The position numbers and the translations under genes are program-made. A DNA stretch of 62,753 nucleotides, filler included, from Hausera hauseri (Eukaryota), in the NCBI GenBank assembly GCA_046269625.1. It is 10 parts of 10 records of this genome, joined end to end, with 100 filler letters (N's around TTAATTAATTAA, not from the genome) between each part and the next. Parts side by side here need not be neighbours in the genome. Positions count along the whole stretch, not along the records: positions 7,350 to 15,325 come from JBJURY010840968.1; positions 15,426 to 26,248 come from JBJURY010151088.1; 8 more parts are not named here. One strand, 5' to 3'. The notes under the pieces were generated by a model, which made no database searches, was not told where the DNA came from, and saw only the letters and a program-made list of their open reading frames with translations. This document shows positions 11,125 to 22,625 of the stretch, piece after piece; within the stretch, counting starts at the first letter, position 1; every line of letters starts with the position of its first letter.

Positions 11125-14100
11125 TGATACTAGATGCCACGGCACATTCTGGTACAGGCAATATCGTTTAATCTTCTGGCCGTTTCAACACCGCCACTGC
11201 AGTTTTTCTGCTGAAAGCTGATCTATTATTTGGAGACACAGCACATAGACTTTCTTATTGATTCAGGAGCTGACTTTTCACTTCTTCCTTTGTCTTTCGC
11301 TCCTACATCCAACATAGTTCTCTCTCCTCCACTCTTCACTGCCTGTGGTCAACCCTTGAATATTGTAAGTACCATAAAACTGTCCTTCACATTCAACAAC
11401 CTACCAGGGAAATTCTCTTGGAAATTTCATAGCCAATATCAGATCGCTCATTATAGGCTCCGATTTTCTGGCTGCATACAATTTGTTAGACGACTGTAAG
11501 TATAGACGTCTCTTGCGCAGGAAATCCGTTGAAAATACCAACAAATGTTTACCAGACAACGAGTCGTATACCTTGTCTTCCTCTTTTCATTCAAATGTCA
11601 ATTTGACATGCTGTTCATCGGTTGATAAAAACACTTAATAATTCATCAATATTTTAATCTCTTCAAGTGTGAACAAATCAATCTTGAAACAATCGTCTAA
11701 ACCGAATGTCGTTAGTGAAGTATTCAGTCATTCTACATCAATTACAGCCACTGATATAATATGACTTGGTTATTCTTATCGATGGGTTCTGATCTTAAAT
11801 CCTATATCAAAACTTCTTGTTTCTGCATTCTCAAGAAGGACGTCAATTTCAAGCCGCATTTTACAACTTATCACCACATAGTCACCGAACACCAAAGACC
11901 TATCAGACAAAAGGTAAGGTCATTGTCTCCTCGTAGACGAAAAGCCGTTGAATCAGAGTTTAATGAACTCGAAAAGGCTGGCATAATTCGAAGATCCAAA
12001 TCACCATGGGTACTTACAGACCATGCGGTGACTATCATTAGTTAAATAATCTAACAACCTTGGATGCCTACCCTCTACCTCTCATAAAGAACATCCTGCA
12101 TAGTCTTACCAACACTAACATGTACTCCACAACTGACCTGCACAAAGCATATAATCAAATTCCGGTTGCACCTGATGATATTCCAAAAATTGCTGTTATC
12201 ACTCTATTTGGCCTCTACGAATATATTTTCCTGCCATTTAGTTTACGTAGTGCTTCCCAAACTTTTTAGCGGCACATTGATACCGTACTCTCTGGTCTGG
12301 ACTTCGCTCATCCATACACTGATGACATATTAGTTGCCTCTACGTCTGCCAAACAACATCAAGAACACCTTCGCATTATTTTTCACAGACTGCATAACAA
12401 TAATTTGCAAGTCAACTTCTCCAAGTGTAATTTTTTTCAAAAACGTGTAAATTTTCTAGGTCACGTAATCACTCCTCACGGCCACTCTTCACAACCGGAT
12501 CGACTACAACAACTAAAGAACGTAACTCTACCAACGACTACTACGGACATGAGAAGCTTTTTAGGCATACTCCACTTCATCCACAAATACATATCTCATT
12601 ATTCTGAGCTCACAGCACCTTTTGCACATTTATCATCCGGAAAAAAGAGGCAGTTGATTCACTGGACTCCTGATTTAATAACTAAGTTTGATTACTTACG
12701 CGATGGCCTAAAATCCATCGAAATACTGGTCTATCCAAAGCCCAATGCAAATCTTATAGTTACAAACGATGCCTTGACCATAGCAACTGGTGCGATATTA
12801 CACCAAATATACAATGGCGTCAATGAACCATTAGAATTCTATTCTCGAAAGCTCACGCAACCCGAAAGCCGTTGTTCAACATTTGACTGTGAGTTACTCG
12901 CCATAGTTCTGGCAGTAAAACATGTCAAACATCTACTTATCTTTCGTCCATTTGTCATTCAAACTGATCACAAGCCTCTCCTGCACATCATGTTATTAAA
13001 ACAGCCATCACCGAGGCAAGAGCGACATATATCATACCTGTCTACGTTTAGCTTTGTTTTGGAATACATCTCAGGCACAGATAATCTGGTAGCAGATTTT
13101 CTATCGAGGTCTGTTGGGTCCATCACAGTTGAGCCAATTTTTTCATACGAAGTGTTAAAGGCAAATCTACCGTCTGCTGACCTCCTTAGTTCCTTCAAAT
13201 CTTTCGAGATCATCGATGGCATCGCTTATGATACGTCAAACATCGGTAATAAAAAGATCATTTTAGCACCACCTTCACAAAAGCCAGCTTTTGTTCATGC
13301 GCATTCACTCCATCATCCAGGTTTGAAAGCAACCTTTCGCCTGCGTCAACGTCATGTAGTATGGTTATCAATACGCAGAGATGTACAGGGCTAAGTTAAG
13401 GAATGTGTAGCCTGTCAAAAATACAAAATAAACAAACACCTTAAACCGCCACTGTACCATTTTCCATGTGTATCACGTTTTCATACAGTTTATCTTGATC
13501 GTGTTGGTCCTTTACCTTCAGACAACGGATATCAACGTATACTTACCATGGTGGATCGTGCTTCTCGCTGGCCTGAAGCCGTTCCTCTTCGTTCAACAAA
13601 CACTGATTCAGTTGCTGACGCCTTCATAAAAATTTGAGTCAGTCGTTTTGGTTCCCCACGTTACATAATAACGGACCAATGTCCACAATTTGAGTCGTAA
13701 CTTTTCAAATCACTTGTCAAACGCTTGGAAATATCACATTTTTATACTACACCATATCATCCTCAAGCAAATGGCCTTCTTGAAAGGTTTCATAGAACAA
13801 TGAAAGTTTCCTTAAAAATCTTGGCTGACACTCATCGTAACTGGACGTCTATTCTACCATTTATCCTACTAGGTTGGCGCAACACACCTTCTAACACTAC
13901 CGGTTGCGCTCCAACTGAAGAACTCTTTGGAACTCCAATTCGGGCCTTATTTGAGCTTTCTGATCTCGACGACAACCCTACAGACGAATACATTCGTGAG
14001 GCACAATCTCACTTCGTCGAGGTCAGCTCAGATTCATTCTGTCGCCTCTTTAACAACAAATCCTATATTCCTAAGGATTTATATTCCGCCAAGTTTGTGT

Positions 14101-14702
14101 GGTTGAAGAATCAATCGCCTTCAGGCTTTAGACCTCAATATGTTGGCTCATACAAACTGCTAAATCCTTCATCTCACACGGCAATTGTTTTACGCCAAGA
14201 TAAACCTCATAACGTCCACCTTTCAAATCTGAAGCCAGCTTTCTTCATTGATGACACTCCGAATGCCAATGCTACCAATCTTGCGCCGTTGCAGCAATCA
14301 CTGTTCGATCACACTAAATCATCATCATTTCCTCCATCCGTCTCGCCTCCCTCTCCTCCATCATGTTCACTAACTTCTTCACTTCCTTTTTTGCTTGACT
14401 CTTCTTCACTATCATCTCCGTCACAAAATATCACTCAACAGCCCATCACAAATCCATCGAGTAAGCTACGCAGAGTGATATTTAATACGTACAGCAGAGA
14501 AAAGTTCTTTGATGGCACACAACGCCTGACCCGTACTAAAACCGAATATGCACCGAATATTGTTTCTTTTTCGATTCATCGTTTTCATTCATCTCATTTC
14601 CATCATTCGTTTTCGCCTTCACCTTGTTCTTCTAAGCCACGGGGGGCGATGTGGTGCCGCGGTTGCGGTTGCAGCTTATGTCCTATCAATACCCAAGGAT
14701 GA
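11118..14702 (+). pseudogene. pol: Gypsy pol (PR-RT-RNase H-IN), disrupted
   Basis: Protease FLIDSGADFSLLP; RT DAYPLP and KAYNQIPVA; RNase H NDALTIATGAIL, ELLAIV, TDHKPL and NLVADFLSR; integrase H..H/C..C zinc motif and TTPYHPQANGLLERFHRTMK; Ser/Pro-rich tail. Confidence 0.95.
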
Positions 14703-14710
14703 CATGACTC
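14641..14710 (+). mobile_element. Polypurine tract and start of 3' LTR (truncated)
   Basis: gccac-GGGGGGCGA-TGTGGTGCC. The same context (gccac-G10-tga-TGAGGTGCC) occurs at the end of the contig 7 copy. Confidence 0.6.
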
Positions 14711-16162
14711 AGCTGATCTAAATCAACCAAAACCGGCTAAACAGTTAATGAAGAAGAACCCGCACATCGCCTCAGAATTATGAATTACGTATTACAGTCA
14801 AAGAACGATTTGCTCCTACAACAAAACCACCATGTCTCGTACAACAACGTCTTCCACTACTGCGTACAAACGAGAACAATTATGTCATAGAAGACGGCAA
14901 CACCTCAAGAAATTGAAAAAATTTAAATGCCATTAGTAAACCCTGATGCTCACTCACAGGTAACAATTACAGGCAAGTCGTATAAGTCGGACAGACCGTA
15001 AACTTCATGAAATAGTACAGAACAGAATACAATGTTGAACAAGCTGTTGATTATATTGAAAGTGCAAAGTAAACACTAAAAAGCCAGTAAAATATCAGAG
15101 CACAGCAAGGAAGGTCAAAACTGCTGAAAGTGTTGTTTCTGTTTATGTTGTGCCACGCATCGTCAGTGTTTAAAAAAAGAAATGAAATTATCCTCCGGTT
15201 ATATGTTTTCTTTATTTGAAGTTTTGTCCAAGATCCATAAATAGTATTTTGTGGTGGTAAATTTTGATGAATCATCGATGTCGACACACAAATGAACGAA
15301 CAAACAACAATCCAGACAAAATTTANNNNNNNNNNNNNNNNNNNNNNNNNNNNNNNNNNNNNNNNNNNNTTAATTAATTAANNNNNNNNNNNNNNNNNNN
15401 NNNNNNNNNNNNNNNNNNNNNNNNNTTATACCATTCGAAGCGAACCGAATAATAGCTATAATCACCAGCGAGCAAACCAATGATGAAGCCATAAGGAAGG
15501 CGCATACAGAACATTTCGTTGGAAGAATAATGGGGATCCAAGAAGCTGCAATGTATTTCGAATACTTACAGACTGATGATGACAAACCGCAATACGATAG
15601 GAACTTAGTTCCCCTAAGCGAAACCCTGCCACCGGTGAAACCGAAACTACCGGTCGGAAGACAAAGAAAAATAAAGGAAATTGACCATAACGCAGACCTA
15701 GTCAGGGAATTGAGACAGTTATCAGTACCCACCTCGAGCTGAGATAATAAGGAACTAATCGAACTAATGAGAGATTTAATTAGGATAGTTAATTATACTG
15801 GACTCCAAGGCGACATATTTTCAGAGAAAGAAAGGCGGTTATATAATGTAGCTCGGACCATGAAGACTTCGCGATTTAAATTATCTAAAAGCACCCTCCA
15901 TGACGAAACAGTAATTGATAGAATTATGACAGACAATACGACGGAAGAATTAAGAAACGTTTTGATATATTTGGCAGTAAAATCTAATCCTCTCCGAGAA
16001 AATGAGTTCGACAAGGCAATCGGGTTAGCTAGGAAAGCGGCAAGAAGGGTACCTAAAGAAATAAAATGGGCTAAACTATTTAAAAAAGAGGACAATGCGA
16101 AAAGGACTAATAACTTAGAGGATATAGTACGAAATTTCTCTTCGGGAAAAGGGAACGAATCA

Positions 16163-17287
16163 AACTGGTTAATCAACCTACTAACAATAATGATGTTAGT
16201 GAAGCAGATGGAAGCAGTCACCATATATGATTGTGACAAATTCAAGGTGGGTCAGAAATACTCTTTAATGGACTTAGAAACATGTGAAGATGTGAGACCT
16301 CAGAAGCTTGAAACAACAGAAAAAAGTATATATTATATCAACAACGTGAACGAATCGCAATGGATGCGACGGAATGCATGATACGGAGATCACGCAGCGT
16401 TTTTCATTGTGGCAATATGCATGGGCATTCTTCAATAATCAAACCAAAAACACCATTAATTTCGATGAATGTGGACAGACAGCACAATGTTTCGACATAC
16501 TGGAAAATACTGGATAAGTTTACCTAATGGAGGCGCTACCACAGCCCCTAGCAAGCTAACAGGGACAAATTTAATCAAAGGATTATCAGAAAAAAAGTTC
16601 GAGGATACAGCCAACAAAGGAATTTATAGGCCCAAGGACATAAAAGCCTTTAGGGAATTCTTAGCATTTCTGCGACAGAGAACTTATGAACTAAATCGGG
16701 CTATGTCAATGGTCATGGACGAAACCCACTTTCAAGCGAAATGGGAATCATTACTCGGCGCTAATCACTATTAAAGAGTAACTTTAGAGATATTGTATAA
16801 AATTTGGGGAAGGTTTCTGATTTTCGGACAAGCCGCATCCGGAATTCTAGCTATCCACTTTTTGGTTCAGCTAGCCAAAGCAGTAATCCAAGCCATCATC
16901 AACGGATATGAAATATTCATATTAACCGGATTTTCCTGCAAAATTTTGACTGCAGTTATCACACCCTTTGAAAAAATGCTCAAGGCTTATGAAGAAAACC
17001 GATGGAAAAATGACGTACAACGTCATGTCGGATATTATAATCGTAAACGGCGAGGGCGACCGTCGATCTTCTACAGACGCAAATCTAAGAAAAAAACAAC
17101 ACAAAGAGACGATTCAGACGATAACGAGCCTAAGGGAGGAGAAGCGAATTTCAGAATAAGAATGCACAAAATTTACTCAGCAATTAACGCACCGTTGCCC
17201 ATCATGCCGCCAACAGCACCGATATATGAAGACTGTGACTGCAAATCAATCGTATCTTGTAGGTCAGAGATCTATCAAACCCATTAA
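16163..17287 (+). pseudogene. env: Chuvirus/Jingchuvirales-type class III fusion glycoprotein (env-like), internally deleted
   Basis: Internal signal peptide NWLINLLTIMMLVKQMEA, then VTIYDC...YSLMDLETC...(fs)YQQRE...ECMIRRSRSVFHCGNMHGHSS. C-terminal GIYRPKDIKAFREFLAF and WGRFLIFGQAASGILAIHFLVQLAKAVIQAIINGY membrane region. Most of the ectodomain is missing near 16485. Confidence 0.75.
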
Positions 17288-17378
17288 TTATGAGGATCCT
17301 TATAAAAAGACAAAGCAATATGGAGTATTACGGAAAATGAATGTTATCCATTAAGGGCCAACCAAAAATGACCACGGA

Positions 17379-20300
17379 ATGTTGTACTCAAAAAGAATAT
17401 CGCGTCACATAGAATCGAAATCGACGATCTGGGAGAACCTGAAACTATGTTCAATCTCAAGTTCACTACCCCAGGAACCGCTCATTGACAGTCGCATTAT
17501 GGAGATAACGAATGACGACTTGTACCCAAACGGGAAATTAAGAAAATTAAGGAAATATATCATTTCAGCGCCAGAGATAACAATAAATGGACATAGAGTA
17601 TTTACAACAAAGCAATCAAAGGCAGCGTCAAATTGCTACGGGACAGTAGCAGAAGGGAGACCTTTCGCTAAAATAGACATCGAAGATTGGGACGTTTAAT
17701 CATTAATCGATACAGGATCAGAAAAGTAGTTTATAAAATACGAATTAGTACCAACCACACTGCGAGAATAATTATGCCCACCACTATCGTCAGATCCTGG
17801 AAGTGTAGGAGCATTTGGACAAGTATCAAAACCGAGATTTAAATAGACTCCTGCCGTTTATATGATGGGCCAAGCACTTCAACACGAATTTGCGATAATG
17901 GACCAGTTGACAGACGACGTAGTACTAGGTTGCCATATATTGAAACAAATACCAGGCATGGCAATCGATGTGCATAACGAGAAATTGATTGAGCTCGAAC
18001 CAATAAAAGGGACAAAAGCAATAAAAAAAAGGAAATCTGGCGAAGTATGGATTCCCGTAGATGAAGACATTTCGCCTAGAACTGAAATGATAATTTTCGC
18101 ACAGATTCGACAGGATGAAGATCTGCCAGTATATTTCGAACCTCAAGAGAATATTGATCCAAACCTTATGTTTAGCAATATTTTATGTAGAGTTGTGACG
18201 GGACGAATACCTATCAGATTAGTGAACAATGCACCAATTCCCGTAAAATTGCACGCTAGCACTACTTTAGGTCACACTTGTAGAGTATCGGCAGTGACAA
18301 TAGAGGAGAAATCATACAAGTGTGCGGAATTTCCACTTCATGTTGAAACCAAATTCTCTCCCAAAGTGTATTGCAAATTCTAAGACTTATTGTGTAAATT
18401 CCGTTCGATAATAGCGCAAAACGAAGAATACATAGATAGAGAAAAGGCTCTAATATTAACGATTCCATTGATGAAAAAACCCGGCTCAAATGACAAAATC
18501 GATTTAGAAGAAGAGAAAATTCCTAAGTGGTACCCGCCTCCTCACTCATTGAGACCAGAGATAACTAAAGAGGTAGAGCGAATGTTAAAGGCCGACATAA
18601 TTTGACCAAGTGATCGATCATGGTACTCACCTATAATTATGGTTAAAAAGAAAGGAACCACGATACATCGGTTTTGTATAGATTATCGCACATTAAACAC
18701 ACTGATGATGAAAGACTCGTTCCCTCTACCATCAGTAAAGAAAGCTTCAGACAAACTATCAAGAGCGAAATGGTTCACCACTCTCGACTTACAATCGTGA
18801 TATTGGCAAGTGGAAATCGAAGAAAAGGATCGATATAAGGCAGCATTTAAGACACACAATGGCGTATACGAATTTAATGTTATGCCCTTCGGCATCACCA
18901 CAGGACCTGCTATTTTTACTAGAATGATGAATAAGATGCTCATGGGATTTGATAATGCTTTCGCGTATTTGGACGATGTAATTATAGCATTGAAAACAGA
19001 AGAAGAACACTTGAAGGACACTGAGGATACACCCATACCACTAGAACAAGCAGGGTTGAAACTATATCCAAAGAAATGTAAATGGGCACAAAACGCAGTA
19101 TCGTATCCCGTTCACATAGTTGGAGAAGGAGGATCAAAACCGGACAAATCTCTACTAAATAAGATATCCGATTGCATGGAGACGCAGAACCAAAAAAAGT
19201 TAAGACATTGGTTAGGCCTATGTGGATATTATGCCACTTACTTACCAGAGAGTTTACAAATTAACTCACCACTATATCGCCTACTCAAAAAAGGAACTAA
19301 GTGGAGTTGGACGGAAGTGGAGCAATGAGCCTTTGATGAAATGAAGAAGGTTTTGACAAGTGAACCAGTTTTAAGATACCCGGATTTTAACCTGCCATTC
19401 ATCAATAAAACAGATGCAAGTAAAGAAGGCATAGGATACGAATTAGATCAGAAACGAGAAGACGAAGAATTGGAACATCCAATAGCTTATGATGGACGCT
19501 CGTTAAAAAAAGCAGAAAAAAATTATTCAGTTACCGAATTAGAAACTCTAGCCGTTAAAGAAGCACTACGACACTTTAACGTCTATGTCTACGGACAAAA
19601 GATCATAATAATGACTGAACACAAAGCAGTTACGACATTAAAAGGACGCGCTAATAACCCAATATGTAGATTAAACCGCTGCATCGAGGAAATCTCACGA
19701 TATAACATTGAATTCCAATACAAACCGGGTAATAAACACGTCGACGCCGACGCACTGTCAAGGTTAAAGACAAAAACGAGTGCAATCATCACACTAAAGA
19801 AACTACAAATCGTACAGTTGATCGAACAACAAAGAACTCTGATATCGGATAAGACAATTAGAATTACAGCAGAGTAAGCTAAAGACACGGTTATTCAGCA
19901 AATTATCGAGTTCGTACAAAACGGCAAAATGCCAAAAGGACGGCAACTGAAAAAGCATCTGCAGAAACACGGATATAAATATCGCGCATCAAACCAAGAT
20001 AACATCCTGTATTACAAAAGGGAAGGAACAAGATTAATAGTCATTCCAAAAGGATTACGCACCGAAGTACTCATGTTTGAACATGACTCGTATTTAGCTG
20101 GACACATGTCTTGGAAGAAGACATTGGAAAGAATATTAAATAAATACTATTGGTCAAGCACCCATATCGATTTAAAGAATTGGGTAGGAGCGTGCGAAGT
20201 TTGCGCGACAAAACAAAAGAAAACAAAAGGCTACGTAGCAGAATTAAAACCTATTAAAACGTACCAGATAGGCCCATGCAAGCCATGTCTTTGGATATAG

Positions 20301-21105
20301 TAGGACCCTTGCCTAAAACTCACAAAAATAACAGATATATTCTGACATGCGTGGACCGATTAACGCACTTCGTAGAACTAGTGGCACTACTAGATCAAAA
20401 GTCAAAAACTTTAGCCGACGCAGTAGTAAGAAAAATCATTTGCAGATACGGACCACCAGAACAAATTTTAACGGACAGAGGAAGGAACTTCACAAGCGAA
20501 TTATTCGAAAAAATTATCAAGATATTTGAAATTGAACGTTTAACTAATACCGCATACCATCCACAATGCAACGGAATGGGCGAACGAATGAACGCGACAG
20601 TCAAGACCAAAAGGATTGGGATGAATTCCTAGAAGGAACACAGTTCGCGATTAATACAACTCCACATCCAGCAACTGGATTTACACCGTTCTTTATGACG
20701 TATGGCCGAGAAGCAATCTTACCCACAGATCTACGTGTGACACCGTATGAAAAGAACCTCGAGGATTTAGAGCAAAACTTTGCCGAAGTTCTACAGACAA
20801 GATTACAAAAGTGTTTGGAAGTTGCGAAAACATTATCACTCGAATACCAGGAACAATTTAAAAAACAATATGATAAAAAGACTAAGCCTCATGATCTGGA
20901 AAAAGGAAATTGGATTTATATACATTATCCGGTCGCAAAAAAGGTACATCCTTAAAATTGACACGTACCGGAAGAGGACCATATGAAATCGTCCGTACCA
21001 CGCCAACTACAGTCTACGTAAATAAAAATGGTAAAGAAGTTGTATCGATTCAAACAGTAGTTAAAACGAATATAAGGCCAGCTAAACATTACAATCTAAG
21101 ATCAC
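17379..21105 (+). pseudogene. pol: Gypsy pol (PR, RT, RNase H, IN with GPY/F module), disrupted
   Basis: SLIDTGS at ~17709; FCIDYRTLN, YEFNVMPFG and AYLDDVII; TDASKEGIG, YSVTELETLAV and HVDADALSR; HDSYLAGH...CEVC; DIVGPLP, TDRGRNF and TAYHPQCNG; GRGPYEI; HYNLRSR. Confidence 0.95.
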
Positions 21106-21119
21106 GAGAAAACAAAACC

Positions 21120-22565
21120 TCGTCAATTATCACCAGACTGATATCATACGTTCAGATAATTCTAGCACTATCGCTAATCGCCTCTCATATTCCAAAAACA
21201 CAAGCTGGATGGTGGCATGGAACCGAAATGCAGAAAAATGAAATTAATAAAACGGAAAAGAAACCAACATTAGAAGAAACCCAAAAACAAAAAAATATCA
21301 CGTCATTACGATCAATCACAATTCATTATTGTTTGCCGAACTCCATATGCGTTGGATTTACGATACAGAAAATATACCACGATTCTGGAAGATTTCAAAT
21401 TGCCCTAGATGATATAATAACAAAAGAAACAGGGAATTGTGATTTCGGACCTAAAGAGCATACGCAATGTTGCAATACAAAATTCGGACATACTTATAAC
21501 CTTACTTATCTGTTGTATTCATCAAAATTATCTGAAAACTACGAAATAAAACCGCAATTTCAATTAGTTATTCCTGCTTGGAACAAGCACCATGGGATAA
21601 AACCCAACGAAATGCTCTAGTCCATCAACCCAGTAAAGCGGATGCTGGAAGAAAATATCGCCAGTATTTCAGAGAACCCCAAGAACAATTGTGTTCAAGT
21701 AAAAACAAAAGGATGATTAATTAACGGTCGAGTAACTTCAGTCCGGTTCCTGAAAGAAAACATACAAGCTCATAATCAACAATACTGCCAAATCGACTTC
21801 GAACAACCAAAAATATGTTGTAAGTTATCACAAAAATATGACTATAGAATTCAGCTAGATTTATATGAAATCAGAACCAACCAATCGAGTATTTATTTAG
21901 GAAGCTACCGACTCAGGAATCCAATCAAGTCGAATTTATTTAATATGACAACGAATACAAAAATAAAGTCTACTATTCCGGCAATTATCAAAACTATTTC
22001 AACAAATAAACCACCTCAGAAAGATCTAGAAATAATTCCGATAAAATACTGGACATAACAATGCGAAACAACTTTTATTGTAGAAAAAGCACTTAATTAC
22101 GACTTAAAAATAAGCTGCCGAACATCATATAATAATCAGAAAGTAATATTGGCGAGAGGCAAAAATCGAATCAAATGTACCTACTTGAAGCCCGAAACGG
22201 ATTATATTGTACAAGTGAAAGCAGAGAATAGACAAAGTAAAACGTTTACGGTACGAACTTTAAATGAAATTGTCTCAATGAAATCATTAACCAATGACGA
22301 AGCGGAAGACGAGGCGACAACTACTGTTAAAATAAAAAGTTTAACTGAACAGACAACCTTGTCGTTAATATCGATTTTTGGAGCATCAATGTTCACTCTC
22401 ATAATCTTAATTGCGTTTTGTCGATTGATTACCAAAAACTGCTATAATAGACGCCCTAAAATCTACGAGAGAGAATTAAGGGTAATGGTACCAAAGGATG
22501 GAATCAATGATGGAATAACCCGACAACTACAGATCAGGTTATTCCACCATCAAACAAAGAATTAA
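21120..22565 (+). pseudogene. Type I membrane protein with Cys-rich/FN3-like ectodomain, in frame with the integrase C-terminus
   Basis: One frame runs from 20910 to 22565 with three in-frame stops. Signal-like IITRLISYVQIILALSLIASHIPKTQA; two Cys-containing repeats; FN3 signature LKPETDYIVQVKAEN; TM LSLISIFGASMFTLIILIAFC. Confidence 0.65.
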
Positions 22566-22625
22566 TTCAAATTTCGAACAATACTTTGTTTTAGGATTAA
22601 TCCTTATTTTGTATTTTCTTTCAAA

